A program made the position numbers and the translations under genes. A DNA stretch of 64,000 nucleotides from Gemmatimonadota bacterium (GTDB lineage: Bacteria > Gemmatimonadota > Gemmatimonadetes > Palauibacterales > Palauibacteraceae). The notes under the pieces are model-generated. The model ran no database searches. It was not told the origin of the DNA and worked only from the letters and a program-made list of their open reading frames with translations. The stretch lies in assembly GCA_039588215.1 (NCBI GenBank), contig JBDHAD010000010.1, forward strand, positions 10,403 to 74,402, read 5' to 3'. Positions 56,610 through 64,000 of this stretch are shown here, piece after piece; position 1 is the first letter of the stretch; the number at the start of each line of letters is the position of its first letter.

Positions 56610-57938
56610 TCACCGGCCTGTTGGAAGCGACCCGGACCAGTCCGGGAGCATATCCACGTGCCCCGACAACAGGATCCGCGTACGGCCCGTCACCGTGTCG
56701 AGGATCGTGAGACCGCGTCCCGACGCCTGTTCGGAGGCGAACACCACGTGGCGCCCGTCGGGAGCCCAGCTGGGGTCCTCGTTGCGGCCACGCGAGGTGA
56801 GCATCCGACGATCGCTTCCATCGGGGTTGACCGTGAAGATCTGGTACACGCCATCGACAAACGCGGCGTACACGACGCGCTCGCCCGTGGGCGACCAATC
56901 GGGGCCCGCTGCGTTCGTACGCTCGTTCCGCACGTAGCGGCTGATCATGCGAGGAGTGCCACCCGACACCCGCTGCACGTAGATCTGCTGCTGGTTGAGC
57001 GGATCCGCTTCGAACGTGAACCACTCGCCATCGGGCGAGAAGCTGGGATTGAGCGCCGCCCCACGGGTCCGGGTGAGCTGGCCGGCCCCATCCAGGAAGA
57101 TCTCCGGGCCGTTTTCGGGTCCGCCTCCGGTCGTCCTAGCGAACGCGAGCCGCCCATCCGGAGCATAACTCGGGCTGTTGTACAGGCTCGCCGCGGCTTC
57201 GATAGTCCGCCGCCGCCCGGTGACGAGGTTCACTTCCATGAGCGCGAAGTTGCCGCTGTCGTCCTGGACCGTATACGCGATTCGCCCGCCATCGGGCGAG
57301 AAGGCCGGCGAGTAGATCTGCGAGGCCCCGGTCGAAACGCGCCGCGGGTTCCGACCGTCGCTGTCCACGACATAGAGGGCGGATGTCCCGTCGGCGGACC
57401 TCCGCCGGAACGCGATACGGGTCGCCGCCACGCCGGGCTCGCCCTCCGTTGCCCAACTCACGACCGCGTCGGAGGCTCGATGCACCGCCATCCTGAAGCC
57501 ATCCGAGTCGGGGTCGGGCAGACTGAAGGCCTGTACGTTCTTGAGCTCGCCGTACACGACGTCGTGCACGCCGACCCGGAGTATCGGGGCCGTGGGCGTT
57601 CCGCTCACATCGGCCGTGACGAGCCACACCGCGCCCAGTTGGTTCCAAAGACCGTAGTTGATCGGGCCGCTGGTCAGCAGAGAATCGGGGACAGGCAGGA
57701 TTTGGAACCGATCCGAATAGTCCAGATCCGTGCCAAGGATGTCGCCCACCTCCGCGGTGATCGCGTCCAACAGGGTGCCCGCGCTCCTCAGCGGCGCCAT
57801 GACGAGCACGGGCACGTATCCGGGCTCGTACGTGAGGCCAAGGCGGACGTCTGATGGATCATGCTCTTGAGCTCGCAGCGGCGTCGCGACGATCGAGAGG
57901 ACCCACAGCAGTCCGAGACCCGCACGCAGCCGGCTCAT
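56610..57938 (-). CDS. tolB: Tol-Pal system beta-propeller protein TolB
   Basis: ATG 57938 overlaps the upstream stop (ATGA). Repeated PxFSPDG/WSPDG blades (SPAFSPDGGRIAY, NPSFSPDGEWFTF, GPDWSPTGERVVY, DPSWAPDGRHVVF). Confidence 0.9.
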   Translation of the reverse strand: MSRLRAGLGLLWVLSIVATPLRAQEHDPSDVRLGLTYEPGYVPVLVMAPLRSAGTLLDAITAEVGDILGTDLDYSDRFQILPVPDSLLTSGPINYGLWNQLGAVWLVTADVSGTPTAPILRVGVHDVVYGELKNVQAFSLPDPDSDGFRMAVHRASDAVVSWATEGEPGVAATRIAFRRRSADGTSALYVVDSDGRNPRRVSTGASQIYSPAFSPDGGRIAYTVQDDSGNFALMEVNLVTGRRRTIEAAASLYNSPSYAPDGRLAFARTTGGGPENGPEIFLDGAGQLTRTRGAALNPSFSPDGEWFTFEADPLNQQQIYVQRVSGGTPRMISRYVRNERTNAAGPDWSPTGERVVYAAFVDGVYQIFTVNPDGSDRRMLTSRGRNEDPSWAPDGRHVVFASEQASGRGLTILDTVTGRTRILLSGHVDMLPDWSGSLPTGR

Positions 57939-58630
57939 CGGGTGGACGGATCGAAGAAGAAGCTCACGCGTAGCTGGTCGCGCGGGTAGCCGTCAGGGAG
58001 CGGTCCGAACACCAGGTCCCGGCCGGCCCGCTCGACGGCGCCGCGGGCACCGAGATCGAACGTCGGATCACCGGAACGGTATACCCATTCGATGTCGGTC
58101 ACGCTCCCATCCTCGTGGATCACGAACTCAACCTCGGCCCTCAACGCGCGCGCACCCGCGGGCGGACGCCAGTACCTCTCGATCTGCCGGATGATGTTGC
58201 TGAGGTACTCGGGGAACGCGAACACCGCGCCGTCCAGCTGGACGTTGACCGCCTCCTCACCCACCTCGTCCGTGCGCGCGGGCTCGGGCTCGGGCTCCTC
58301 GACCGGCGTCATCTCCTCCTCGACGGTCGGTGGGGCGGTCTCTGGGAGCGGCTCGGGGGAGGGCTCGGGGGGCGGCGGCCGGTACTCCTCCTCGGCGGTC
58401 TGCGGAGGCGCTGGGTCGACACGCAGCGGGGCGTCCGGGTCGGAGATCGCGACCATGCGGACGCGGTACGTGAGGGGCAGCGTGGGAATGTCGGGGGCGG
58501 TGGTGGCGAACAGGGCCACGAGCACGAAGACGCTATGCACCCCGGCGGAGCCCAAAACCGCCCCGCGCGGTGGTCGCTCCGTCTGTCGCTCGGAGCGTCG
58601 CAGTTTGAGATTCACTCGTTCCTCTTCCAC
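57935..58630 (-). CDS. TolA/TonB-family energy-transducer protein
   Basis: One TM helix (VHSVFVLVALFATTA), a Pro/Glu-rich spacer (PPPPEPSPEPLPETAPP...EEPEPEP), and a C-terminal TonB_C-like domain. Located between tolR and tolB. Confidence 0.65.
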   Translation of the reverse strand: MEEERVNLKLRRSERQTERPPRGAVLGSAGVHSVFVLVALFATTAPDIPTLPLTYRVRMVAISDPDAPLRVDPAPPQTAEEEYRPPPPEPSPEPLPETAPPTVEEEMTPVEEPEPEPARTDEVGEEAVNVQLDGAVFAFPEYLSNIIRQIERYWRPPAGARALRAEVEFVIHEDGSVTDIEWVYRSGDPTFDLGARGAVERAGRDLVFGPLPDGYPRDQLRVSFFFDPSTR

Positions 58631-58677
58631 CCCTCCGGATCTCCCTTTCCGGACCCCCTGGCGTAGCCGGTCCTCGT

Positions 58678-59100
58678 CTAGCGGCGGCGCTCTGGCTCGG
58701 CGAGCAGGCTGACGTTCTCCGCCCCCGCTTCAGTGAGCCGCCCAAGCACTCTTAACACCAGACTGAACGCCAGGTTCGCATCGGCCTGGACGAACACTTC
58801 CGCGGTCTCGCGCTGCTCGAGGATCGGACCGATCGCGGTTTCGAACTCATCCAACGTGAGCTGGGCGTCATCTAAGTAGATCTGGCCGTTCTCATCGATC
58901 GACACGATCAGTGGGTCGCTGGCCGAGATGGGTCCGGACGGCGCTTCGGGCACATCGATCTCGATGCCGCCCTGGAGGATCGGCGCGGTGATCATGAAGA
59001 TGATCAGCAGGGTGAACGCTACGTCGACGAGACTCGTGACGTTGATCTCCGCCCGGACGTCGACGCCGTCGGACTCGGTGAGTCCCAGCCGACGCTTCAA
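58678..59100 (-). CDS. tolR: Biopolymer transport protein TolR/ExbD
   Basis: The TTG start overlaps the tolQ stop (TTGA). INVTSLVDVAFTLLIIFMITAP. Confidence 0.85.
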   Translation of the reverse strand: MKRRLGLTESDGVDVRAEINVTSLVDVAFTLLIIFMITAPILQGGIEIDVPEAPSGPISASDPLIVSIDENGQIYLDDAQLTLDEFETAIGPILEQRETAEVFVQADANLAFSLVLRVLGRLTEAGAENVSLLAEPERRR

Positions 59101-59834
59101 ATCCTACCCTCCCTGGCCAGGGTGCCGACGAACTCGCTCGCGAAGCCCTCGAGCTCACCTGTAAACAGGTGGAGGCGAGACGCGTAGTGGTTGTAGGCGA
59201 TCACGGCCGGGATCGCGACGGCCAGACCCATGACGGTGGTCGTGAGCGCCTCGGCGATGCCGGGCGCCACCGCGGCGATGCTGGCCGAGCCCTGGGCCGT
59301 GATCCCGATGAAGGAGTTCATCACACCGACCACCGTTCCCATGAGCCCGAGTAGCGGGCTTACCGAGCCGATGATCGCGAGCCACGGGAGACCGTGCGAC
59401 AGATCATCACGTTCCTGCGCGAGGTTTTTCTCGAGAACCAGCCACAACGTGTCGAGCTGGGTTGGCGTCAATCCCCTGGTCGGGTCCGGTCTGTCAGCCT
59501 CCAACGCCCCGGGACGGAGCTCCGAGAAGAAGGTGACGCCCTCATGGAAGACGCGAGTGAAGGGCGAAGCCTCGAGTCGCGCTAGCTGGCGGTTGAGATC
59601 GATGAGGCCGTTCGCCCCCTCCATTCCGTCGACGAAACGGTTGGCCTGCTCGTTGACGCGCCTGAATTCGCGCCACTTCCAGAAGATGAGAACCCAGGAG
59701 AGGAGTGAGAAGACGACCAGCACCAGTAGTATGATCTTCGTCGCCGTCGTCGCCCCGATCACCATGTCGAGGGGCGAGTCGATCACCCGCGCCTGGAGGG
59801 TCAGCTCGATCAGCCCCGCAATGGTGGGGGTCAC
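59097..59834 (-). CDS. tolQ: Biopolymer transport protein TolQ/ExbB (MotA/TolQ/ExbB channel family)
   Basis: GTG 59834 overlaps the upstream stop (GTGA). Three TM helices. WLAIIGSVSPLLGLMGTVVGVMNSF and IAEALTTTVMGLAVAIPAVIAYN. Confidence 0.88.
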   Translation of the reverse strand: MTPTIAGLIELTLQARVIDSPLDMVIGATTATKIILLVLVVFSLLSWVLIFWKWREFRRVNEQANRFVDGMEGANGLIDLNRQLARLEASPFTRVFHEGVTFFSELRPGALEADRPDPTRGLTPTQLDTLWLVLEKNLAQERDDLSHGLPWLAIIGSVSPLLGLMGTVVGVMNSFIGITAQGSASIAAVAPGIAEALTTTVMGLAVAIPAVIAYNHYASRLHLFTGELEGFASEFVGTLAREGRI

Positions 59835-60781
59835 GCCGAACTCCCCACGATCGACTGGTAGGTTTCGCGCAGCCCTTCTTTCAAGGTGTGCGCGGGTCCC
59901 CAACCCAGGGCGCGCAACTCGGCGCAGTCGAGCGAGCTTCGCAACAACTCGCCGGGGCGGGCCGCTTCGTATTCGAGCTCGCCATCCTCACCGGAGATCT
60001 CGATGAGCGCGCGGGCCAACTCGTTTACGCTTGTCTCGTTCCCGGTGCCCACGTTGAACGCCACATCGTCGAGGTCCACGGCATCGGGAAGCTCGACCTC
60101 GGAAACGAGCATGTTGGCCGCGGCCACGTCTCCCACGAATACGTAATCGCGCGTCTGCTCCCCGTCTCCGTAGATGGTAAGAGGCTTCCCGGCCTGGATT
60201 CGCTGTGAGAAGATGGCTACGACCCCTGCCTCGCCATGCGGGTCCTGCCGGGGTCCGTACACGTTGGAATAACGTAGCGCCGCGTATTCCAGATCGTGTA
60301 GCTTGCGGCTCGCGTACAGGTAGTGCTCCGAAGAGAGCTTGCTCACCCCGTACGGAGACAGCGGACGCTTGGGTGCCGACCTCGGTGTGGGAAGGGTTTC
60401 CGGCTCACCATACACGACTCCTCCAGATGAGATAAACACGAATCGTCGCACGCTGGTCTCGACCGCGCATTCCAGCAGGTTCAGGATCCCGTCGATGTTG
60501 ATCGAGGCATCCAGCCGGGGCTGCGCGACCGATAGCCGCACATCGATCTGGGCCGCGTGGTGATTCACGAGGTCGAAGCGACCGTCCCGAAAGACGTCGC
60601 GCACCTCGGGTGAGCGTACATCCATCTCCACGAGGTGAACGCCCGGCGAGAGGTTCTCCCTCCGCCCGCGGCTCAGATCGTCCAGCGCGGTCACGTCCCA
60701 ACCACGCTCCAGGTAGGCATCGCAGACGTGGGAACCGATGAAGCCGGCACCACCCGTGACCAACACCCGTCTACCGCTCAT
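59831..60781 (-). CDS. NAD-dependent epimerase/dehydratase (UDP-glucose 4-epimerase-like SDR)
   Basis: ATG 60781 is preceded by GGGAGGGAGGAGGGG. Rossmann VLVTGGAGFIGSH. Catalytic SPYGVSKLSSE. Confidence 0.88.
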   Translation of the reverse strand: MSGRRVLVTGGAGFIGSHVCDAYLERGWDVTALDDLSRGRRENLSPGVHLVEMDVRSPEVRDVFRDGRFDLVNHHAAQIDVRLSVAQPRLDASINIDGILNLLECAVETSVRRFVFISSGGVVYGEPETLPTPRSAPKRPLSPYGVSKLSSEHYLYASRKLHDLEYAALRYSNVYGPRQDPHGEAGVVAIFSQRIQAGKPLTIYGDGEQTRDYVFVGDVAAANMLVSEVELPDAVDLDDVAFNVGTGNETSVNELARALIEISGEDGELEYEAARPGELLRSSLDCAELRALGWGPAHTLKEGLRETYQSIVGSSA

Positions 60782-61026
60782 CAGCAAGCCCCTCCTCCCT
60801 CCCACACCCAGTCGGCGCGCAAAATCACGAGCCCCGGTCGGTCCAGCGTAGGCGCCTCGTACCCGTCACAGACCGGTGCGTTCACTCTGCCTCTTACCTT
60901 GTGACTCGTCATCGAGCAAGGGGGAGTGTCAGAACGGGGGAATCTCGTTGTGCGCCGCCCCGGTTGCCAGGCCGCCGCCCGGCGGCTGACCCGCGCCGGG
61001 GGCCAAGGCGGGGTCTCGCAATGAGA

Positions 61027-61065
61027 AACGCCGCGATCCCTGAGAGCAGCAGGGACCGCGGCGTT
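61027..61065 (-). terminator. Intrinsic terminator downstream of the LysM gene
   Basis: 16-bp stem with 1 mismatch, AACGCCGCGATCCCTG (61027-61042) pairing with CAGGGACCGCGGCGTT (61050-61065). 7-nt loop. On the minus strand the stem is followed by TCTCATT. Confidence 0.55.
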
Positions 61066-61156
61066 TGTCTCGGACGACTCGGGTCATTCCGCGAGCAGCA
61101 ATCCTCCGCGCGGATGCCCTGTCGATCCGGGCTGGACCATCCGGTAGGCGACCGGC

Positions 61157-62410
61157 TCAGCCTCCCACCGCTCGCCGCACGAGTCGCGCGGGGGCGCCGG
61201 GCTCCGGGGCGGTATCCCGCAGGTCGATCACGCGCGCGGTCGCAGTCGTCGAGCGCACTCGAATGATGCGGACCGTGGCCAGCCGGTCCTCCCACCGAGC
61301 GGAAGCGGTTTCAGCCAGATCGAAGACGGCGAACTCGTCGCCGATCCGTACACCGCCGCTCTCGCCGATAGCGAGAAAGACCATGTCGCCCTCGCCCAGG
61401 ATCGCCTGGCTGATCTCGAATCCCAGCAGCTCCGTAGCCATTCCGGCGTCGACTGAGGCTTGGGTCAGCTCCGGCGGCACCAGGAACGGGTCGGCTAGCA
61501 CGACCGGGTCACCAACCTGAAAGTCGCCGAACAGCCGCGTGACCGTGGCGCGGGCGGAGTCGCCCTCGATCTCCGATGCTTCGAGCAGCGCCTTCGATCG
61601 GAACATCGGACGCCCGTTCGGGCCCCTCTCCAGGTGGAACGCCTGCAGGGTCTCACCGGGTGCGATCGAAATGCCGTTGAGCGCCACCACGACCAGGTCG
61701 TTCAGTCGAACCGACGGCGGCATCTCGAGGTGGAGCGGATTCCCCTCGATCTTGCGAGCGGCCACTCCGACTCGCCGGCTGTCGTCTATGCCGATGAGGA
61801 ACGGGGCCCGGTAGAAGTCGCTCTCCGAGACCAGTGCCGGCTCGCTGTACACATCGATATCCAACCCGCCCAGCACGTTGCCGGCATCGGGTGACGTATC
61901 GAACAGGCTCGTGCCTCCGAAGCCGGAGACACCGGTGCCGGCACCCGGGCTTGACGGCTGCCAGGTCTGGCCCGGCATGGCCATTCCAGGGGTCGCGAGC
62001 GCCACGCGCGCACCATCCGGGAGCGCGAGCACCTCTCCGGGATAGATCCAATGCGGATCCTCGACCACGCTCCGGTTGGCCTGGAACAACTCCGGCCAGC
62101 GAAACGAGTCCTGCAGATAGCGCCCTGCGAGATCCCATAGCGTGTCGCCACGGCGGACCTCGTGAGTCGGACGTTCCTGTGCCGCGGGCTGCTCCAGCGT
62201 CAGCTCCTCATTCGGCCGCTGCTCCGGCGCACGCTGCGGGGGATCCCCGCCCGTTTGCGCGAACACGGCACCTGGAACACCGATCGTCAGGAAACCCAGC
62301 AAGATTCCATGGAAACAACGGGGCCCGCGGAATGCGGATCGTGGACCACCTCGTCCCTGCACGTGAGACCACCGGCTCATCGCGCTCCTCCTCCTCCCAA
62401 AGCAGGTCAT
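61157..62410 (-). CDS. LysM domain-containing secreted protein
   Basis: Signal-like ILLGFLTIGVPGAVFAQ. LysM motif HEVRRGDTLWDLAGRYLQDSFRWPELFQANRSVVEDPHWIYPGEVLALP. A long C-terminal domain without recognisable motifs. The start is uncertain (62410 or ATG 62380). Confidence 0.75.
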   Translation of the reverse strand: MTCFGRRRSAMSRWSHVQGRGGPRSAFRGPRCFHGILLGFLTIGVPGAVFAQTGGDPPQRAPEQRPNEELTLEQPAAQERPTHEVRRGDTLWDLAGRYLQDSFRWPELFQANRSVVEDPHWIYPGEVLALPDGARVALATPGMAMPGQTWQPSSPGAGTGVSGFGGTSLFDTSPDAGNVLGGLDIDVYSEPALVSESDFYRAPFLIGIDDSRRVGVAARKIEGNPLHLEMPPSVRLNDLVVVALNGISIAPGETLQAFHLERGPNGRPMFRSKALLEASEIEGDSARATVTRLFGDFQVGDPVVLADPFLVPPELTQASVDAGMATELLGFEISQAILGEGDMVFLAIGESGGVRIGDEFAVFDLAETASARWEDRLATVRIIRVRSTTATARVIDLRDTAPEPGAPARLVRRAVGG

Positions 62411-62490
62411 GCAGCCGAACTCGAGGTTCGTCGCCTCGAGCCGAATGCGCGAGCCGATCTTACGATCGCACCTGCAACATCCGGGCTCTA

Positions 62491-62523
62491 CCGCGATCCC
62501 GCCGTGGGATGGCGGGATCGCGG
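62491..62523. repeat. Perfect 13-bp inverted repeat (stem-loop) in the LysM-gene upstream region
   Basis: CCGCGATCCCGCC (62491-62503) pairs with GGCGGGATCGCGG (62511-62523) around a 7-nt loop. No flanking U-tract on either strand. Confidence 0.8.
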
Positions 62524-62663
62524 TCCACGGCTGTCATCTCAGACCGTACCTGCACCCACGCGTTCAACCTACGCAAGCCGCTCCATCTGCACAATTTTTC
62601 AAGTGGTATGAACTAAGTATCAAACGAGAGGTGCACCCGCGAGTCGCGAAAACCCTCGCGAGT

Positions 62664-62711
62664 GGCGAGACCCGTCGTGCACCGTGGCGCGGAGGGGCGG
62701 CGGGTCTCGCC
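62664..62711. repeat. 11-bp inverted repeat (stem with 26-nt loop) abutting the ssb-downstream element
   Basis: GGCGAGACCCG (62664-62674) pairs with CGGGTCTCGCC (62701-62711). The loop contains GTGCACC (62677-62683), which is complementary to GGTGCAC at 62630-62636. Confidence 0.7.
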
Positions 62712-62720
62712 GCCGGCCTA

Positions 62721-63044
62721 GGAGGCTGCTGAGAAACCCTGGCGGGTCGCGTTACGGACGCGACAGCCCCGGATCCAAGGCGGGGCGACGAAGGCATAGC
62801 CATAGCTACGTGGAGGAGCCCCAGGGGTACCCACCTGAAGGGTGGGTCCGGAGACGGGGCTGTCCCGCCGTAACCGTCCTACTTGTGAGACCGCACCATG
62901 CTTGATAATCGGCGCAGGGGGGTCGCACGGTTGATTCATCGTCTCTCCTCCTCGCCGTAGCTTTGGCTACGACTCGTCGTCATTCCTTGCCTGAACCGCG
63001 CGAGACCCCTGCGCGCGACCCACCAGAGTTTCTCAGCAGCCTCC
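62721..63044 (-). ncRNA. Candidate structured RNA (or MITE-like palindromic element) starting in the ssb stop codon
   Basis: A 31-bp terminal helix (63044-63014 with 62721-62751) encloses nested 8-, 10- and 10-bp helices and two hairpins. All three non-Watson-Crick pairs are G-U only in the minus-sense transcript. There is no convincing ORF. I saw no tmRNA, RNase P or SRP signature motifs. Confidence 0.45.
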
Positions 63045-63481
63045 TAGAACGGGAGGTCGTCCTCGCCGGCCAGAGCCTCGCTCGAGAACTCGGAGAAGTC
63101 GGAGCCCGCGGCAGGCATCGGTGCCGACCGGACGGAGTCGCGTTCGCCGGAGCTTCCGAGCATGATCATCTCGTTGGCGCGAATCTCCGTCGTGTACCGC
63201 GTCTGGCCGTCCTGGCCTTCCCACTGCCGGTACTCGATCCGACCCTCGACGTAGATGCGATCGCCCTTCTTCAAATAGCGTTCGGCGATCTCTGCCAGTT
63301 TGTCCCAGCAGACGACGCGATGCCACTCGGTCTTCTCCTGCTGGTCGCCGGTGCGGCTGGTCCAACGCCGGCTGGTCGCCACCGAGAGCGTCGCCACCCG
63401 GGTGCCCGAGTTGGTGCTCCGCACCTCCGGCTCCGCGCCGAGATTCCCGATGATCGTGGCCTTGTTGAGACTGCGAGACAT
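63044..63481 (-). CDS. ssb: Single-stranded DNA-binding protein
   Basis: MSRSLNKATIIGNLGAEPEVR...TEWHRVVCWDKLAEIAERYLKKGDRIYVEGRIEYRQW. Gly/Ser-poor linker. Canonical acidic tip EDDLPF. Confidence 0.95.
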   Translation of the reverse strand: MSRSLNKATIIGNLGAEPEVRSTNSGTRVATLSVATSRRWTSRTGDQQEKTEWHRVVCWDKLAEIAERYLKKGDRIYVEGRIEYRQWEGQDGQTRYTTEIRANEMIMLGSSGERDSVRSAPMPAAGSDFSEFSSEALAGEDDLPF

Positions 63482-63534
63482 ATGGACCTCCGAGGGAAAA
63501 TGGGGTTCGAAGATAGACGGCTTCAGCGGGGGGG

Positions 63535-63972
63535 TCAACGAGGGTGGCGGGTCGTATCGATGCTCATCACCAAGGCATCTTCGACCGGCTGAGCGTAGTA
63601 CCCGGGTCGGCAGCCCACCGTCTGGAAACCCGCCTCTTCGTACAGTCGCCGCGCGGCCGAGTTCGTCTCTCGCACTTCCAGGAACACGAGTTGAATCCCG
63701 TGGCTCTTCGCGTCTTCCAGCACGATCCCGACGAGTGCGCGCCCCACGCCGGCCCGCCGCGCAGCGGGCCTCACGGCGATGTCCCCCAACTCGGCTTCAG
63801 GGCCCGCAAACCACACGACCGCGTATCCGAGCAACTCGCCCCCGTGTGACTCCGCGACCCACAGCCGCGCGTTGGCCCGGCGCATGAGGTTTCTGAAGGT
63901 CCGCTCCGACCACGGCGTCGGGAACGAGACCCGCTCGATGCGGAGCACGTCCGGCAGATCCCCGCTCGTCAT
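63535..63972 (-). CDS. rimI: Ribosomal-protein-alanine N-acetyltransferase (GNAT)
   Basis: IERVSFPTPWSERTFRNLM..., GDIAVRPAARRAGVGRALV, LEVRETNSAARRLYEEAGF, GYYAQPVEDALVM. Confidence 0.88.
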   Translation of the reverse strand: MTSGDLPDVLRIERVSFPTPWSERTFRNLMRRANARLWVAESHGGELLGYAVVWFAGPEAELGDIAVRPAARRAGVGRALVGIVLEDAKSHGIQLVFLEVRETNSAARRLYEEAGFQTVGCRPGYYAQPVEDALVMSIDTTRHPR

Positions 63973-64000
63973 CGGCCGAACCCGGAGGTCGTCCGCTCGT
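63969..64000 (-). CDS. 3' end of an upstream gene (10 codons visible; product not determinable, tsaB is only a synteny guess)
   Basis: The minus-strand frame ...TSGRPPGFGR ends with TGA at 63969-63971, overlapping the rimI ATG (ATGA). The window ends before any informative sequence. Confidence 0.3.
   Translation of the reverse strand, partial: ERTTSGFGR

Noticed and set aside
62718-62939. 73-aa minus-strand ORF inside the element, with a strong Shine-Dalgarno-like GGAGGAGGAGAG 5 nt upstream of the ATG
   Set aside because: GC3 is only about 63% by hand count, which looks low for a gene in this high-GC window. The product (MNQPCDPPAPIIKHGAVSQVGRLRRDSPVSGP...) is Pro/Gly/Arg-rich with no TM helix or motif. 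The ORF ends in the terminal repeat. A translated small protein cannot be strictly excluded.
62560-63047. tmRNA (ssrA), RNase P RNA, SRP RNA or 6S RNA as the identity of the ssb-downstream structured region
   Set aside because: There is no GGnTTCGAC 5' motif, no T-arm GGTTCGA, no ...CTCCACCA 3' end, and no plausible tag ORF ending in hydrophobic residues (the nearest reading is ARNDDES-stop). The RNase P P4 motifs (GAGGAAAGTCCGGGC / ACAGAACCCGGCTTA) are absent, as is the SRP GGAA-tetraloop AGCAGCC motif. The element is too long and too branched for 6S.
62718-63047. Retron msr-msd (inverted repeats a1/a2 flanking a structured ncRNA)
   Set aside because: No reverse transcriptase gene lies downstream in either orientation: the LysM protein is on one side and ssb/rimI on the other. 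The 31-bp arms are also far longer than typical a1/a2 repeats.
1-64000. Mobile elements, prophage, CRISPR-Cas, restriction-modification, toxin-antitoxin or other defence islands; tRNA/rRNA genes
   Set aside because: Reading all ORFs of 60 aa or more on both strands gave no transposase, integrase, recombinase, Cas, methylase/nuclease or phage-like products. There are no repeat-spacer arrays and no T-arm GGTTCGA-type tRNA signatures. The window looks like core chromosome.

Overview
High-GC (by eye about 65-70%) bacterial chromosomal window, densely packed with about 55 protein genes, almost all housekeeping or cell-envelope functions. Gene content suggests a Gemmatimonadota-like FCB-group organism; this is inference only. 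It rests on a SusC/SusD pair, Tol-Pal, LptD, TatA/TatC, a menaquinone operon, many TPR proteins and an A-rich leader.

Main blocks:
- 1-5.1 kb: TPR gene tail and an orphan SusD/SusC pair.
- 5.6-8.6 kb: sulfate-activation cluster cysQ-cysC-sat.
- 8.6-20.7 kb: mixed metabolic and envelope genes (PQQ sugar dehydrogenase, beta-barrel OMP, PhzF-like, HDAC-like, DUF3891, LemA-DUF2207, peroxiredoxin, GAF-GAF-GGDEF, PCD, AstE/AspA-like).
- 20.8-41.8 kb: one ~21-kb co-directional minus-strand array (TPR-aroQ-pepP-efp-accB-accC-comB-like-ftsK-lolA-like-rimO-lnt-TonB receptor-menF-menD-menB-menA-menE), with frequent 1-4 nt start/stop overlaps.
- 42-44 kb: ppiD-like gene.
- 43.9-64 kb: second minus-strand array (partial gene-rimI-ssb-[non-coding element]-LysM protein-epimerase-tolQ-tolR-tolA-like-tolB-pal-cpoB-nrdR-tatC-lptD-two paralogous TPR proteins-polyprenyl synthase-DUF4321-tatA).

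I found no rRNA, tRNA, CRISPR array, transposase, integrase or recognisable defence, toxin or prophage genes.

The most unusual signal is a 324-nt element that starts inside the ssb stop codon. It is closed by a 31-bp helix and contains several nested long helices. All three non-Watson-Crick positions I found are G-U only in the ssb-sense transcript. It is either an undescribed structured RNA or a TA-flanked MITE.

Secondary signals:
- A SusC gene whose canonical C-terminal strand lies in the +1 frame, so SusC and SusD read as one 1707-codon ORF.
- A 31%-GC palindromic island and structured leader upstream of the GGDEF gene.
- A hairpin-rich 440-bp non-coding gap at 307-746.
- A tandem pair of paralogous TPR proteins with an acidic (Pro-Glu)n spacer.

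All functional calls come from reading the translated ORFs. No database search was run.
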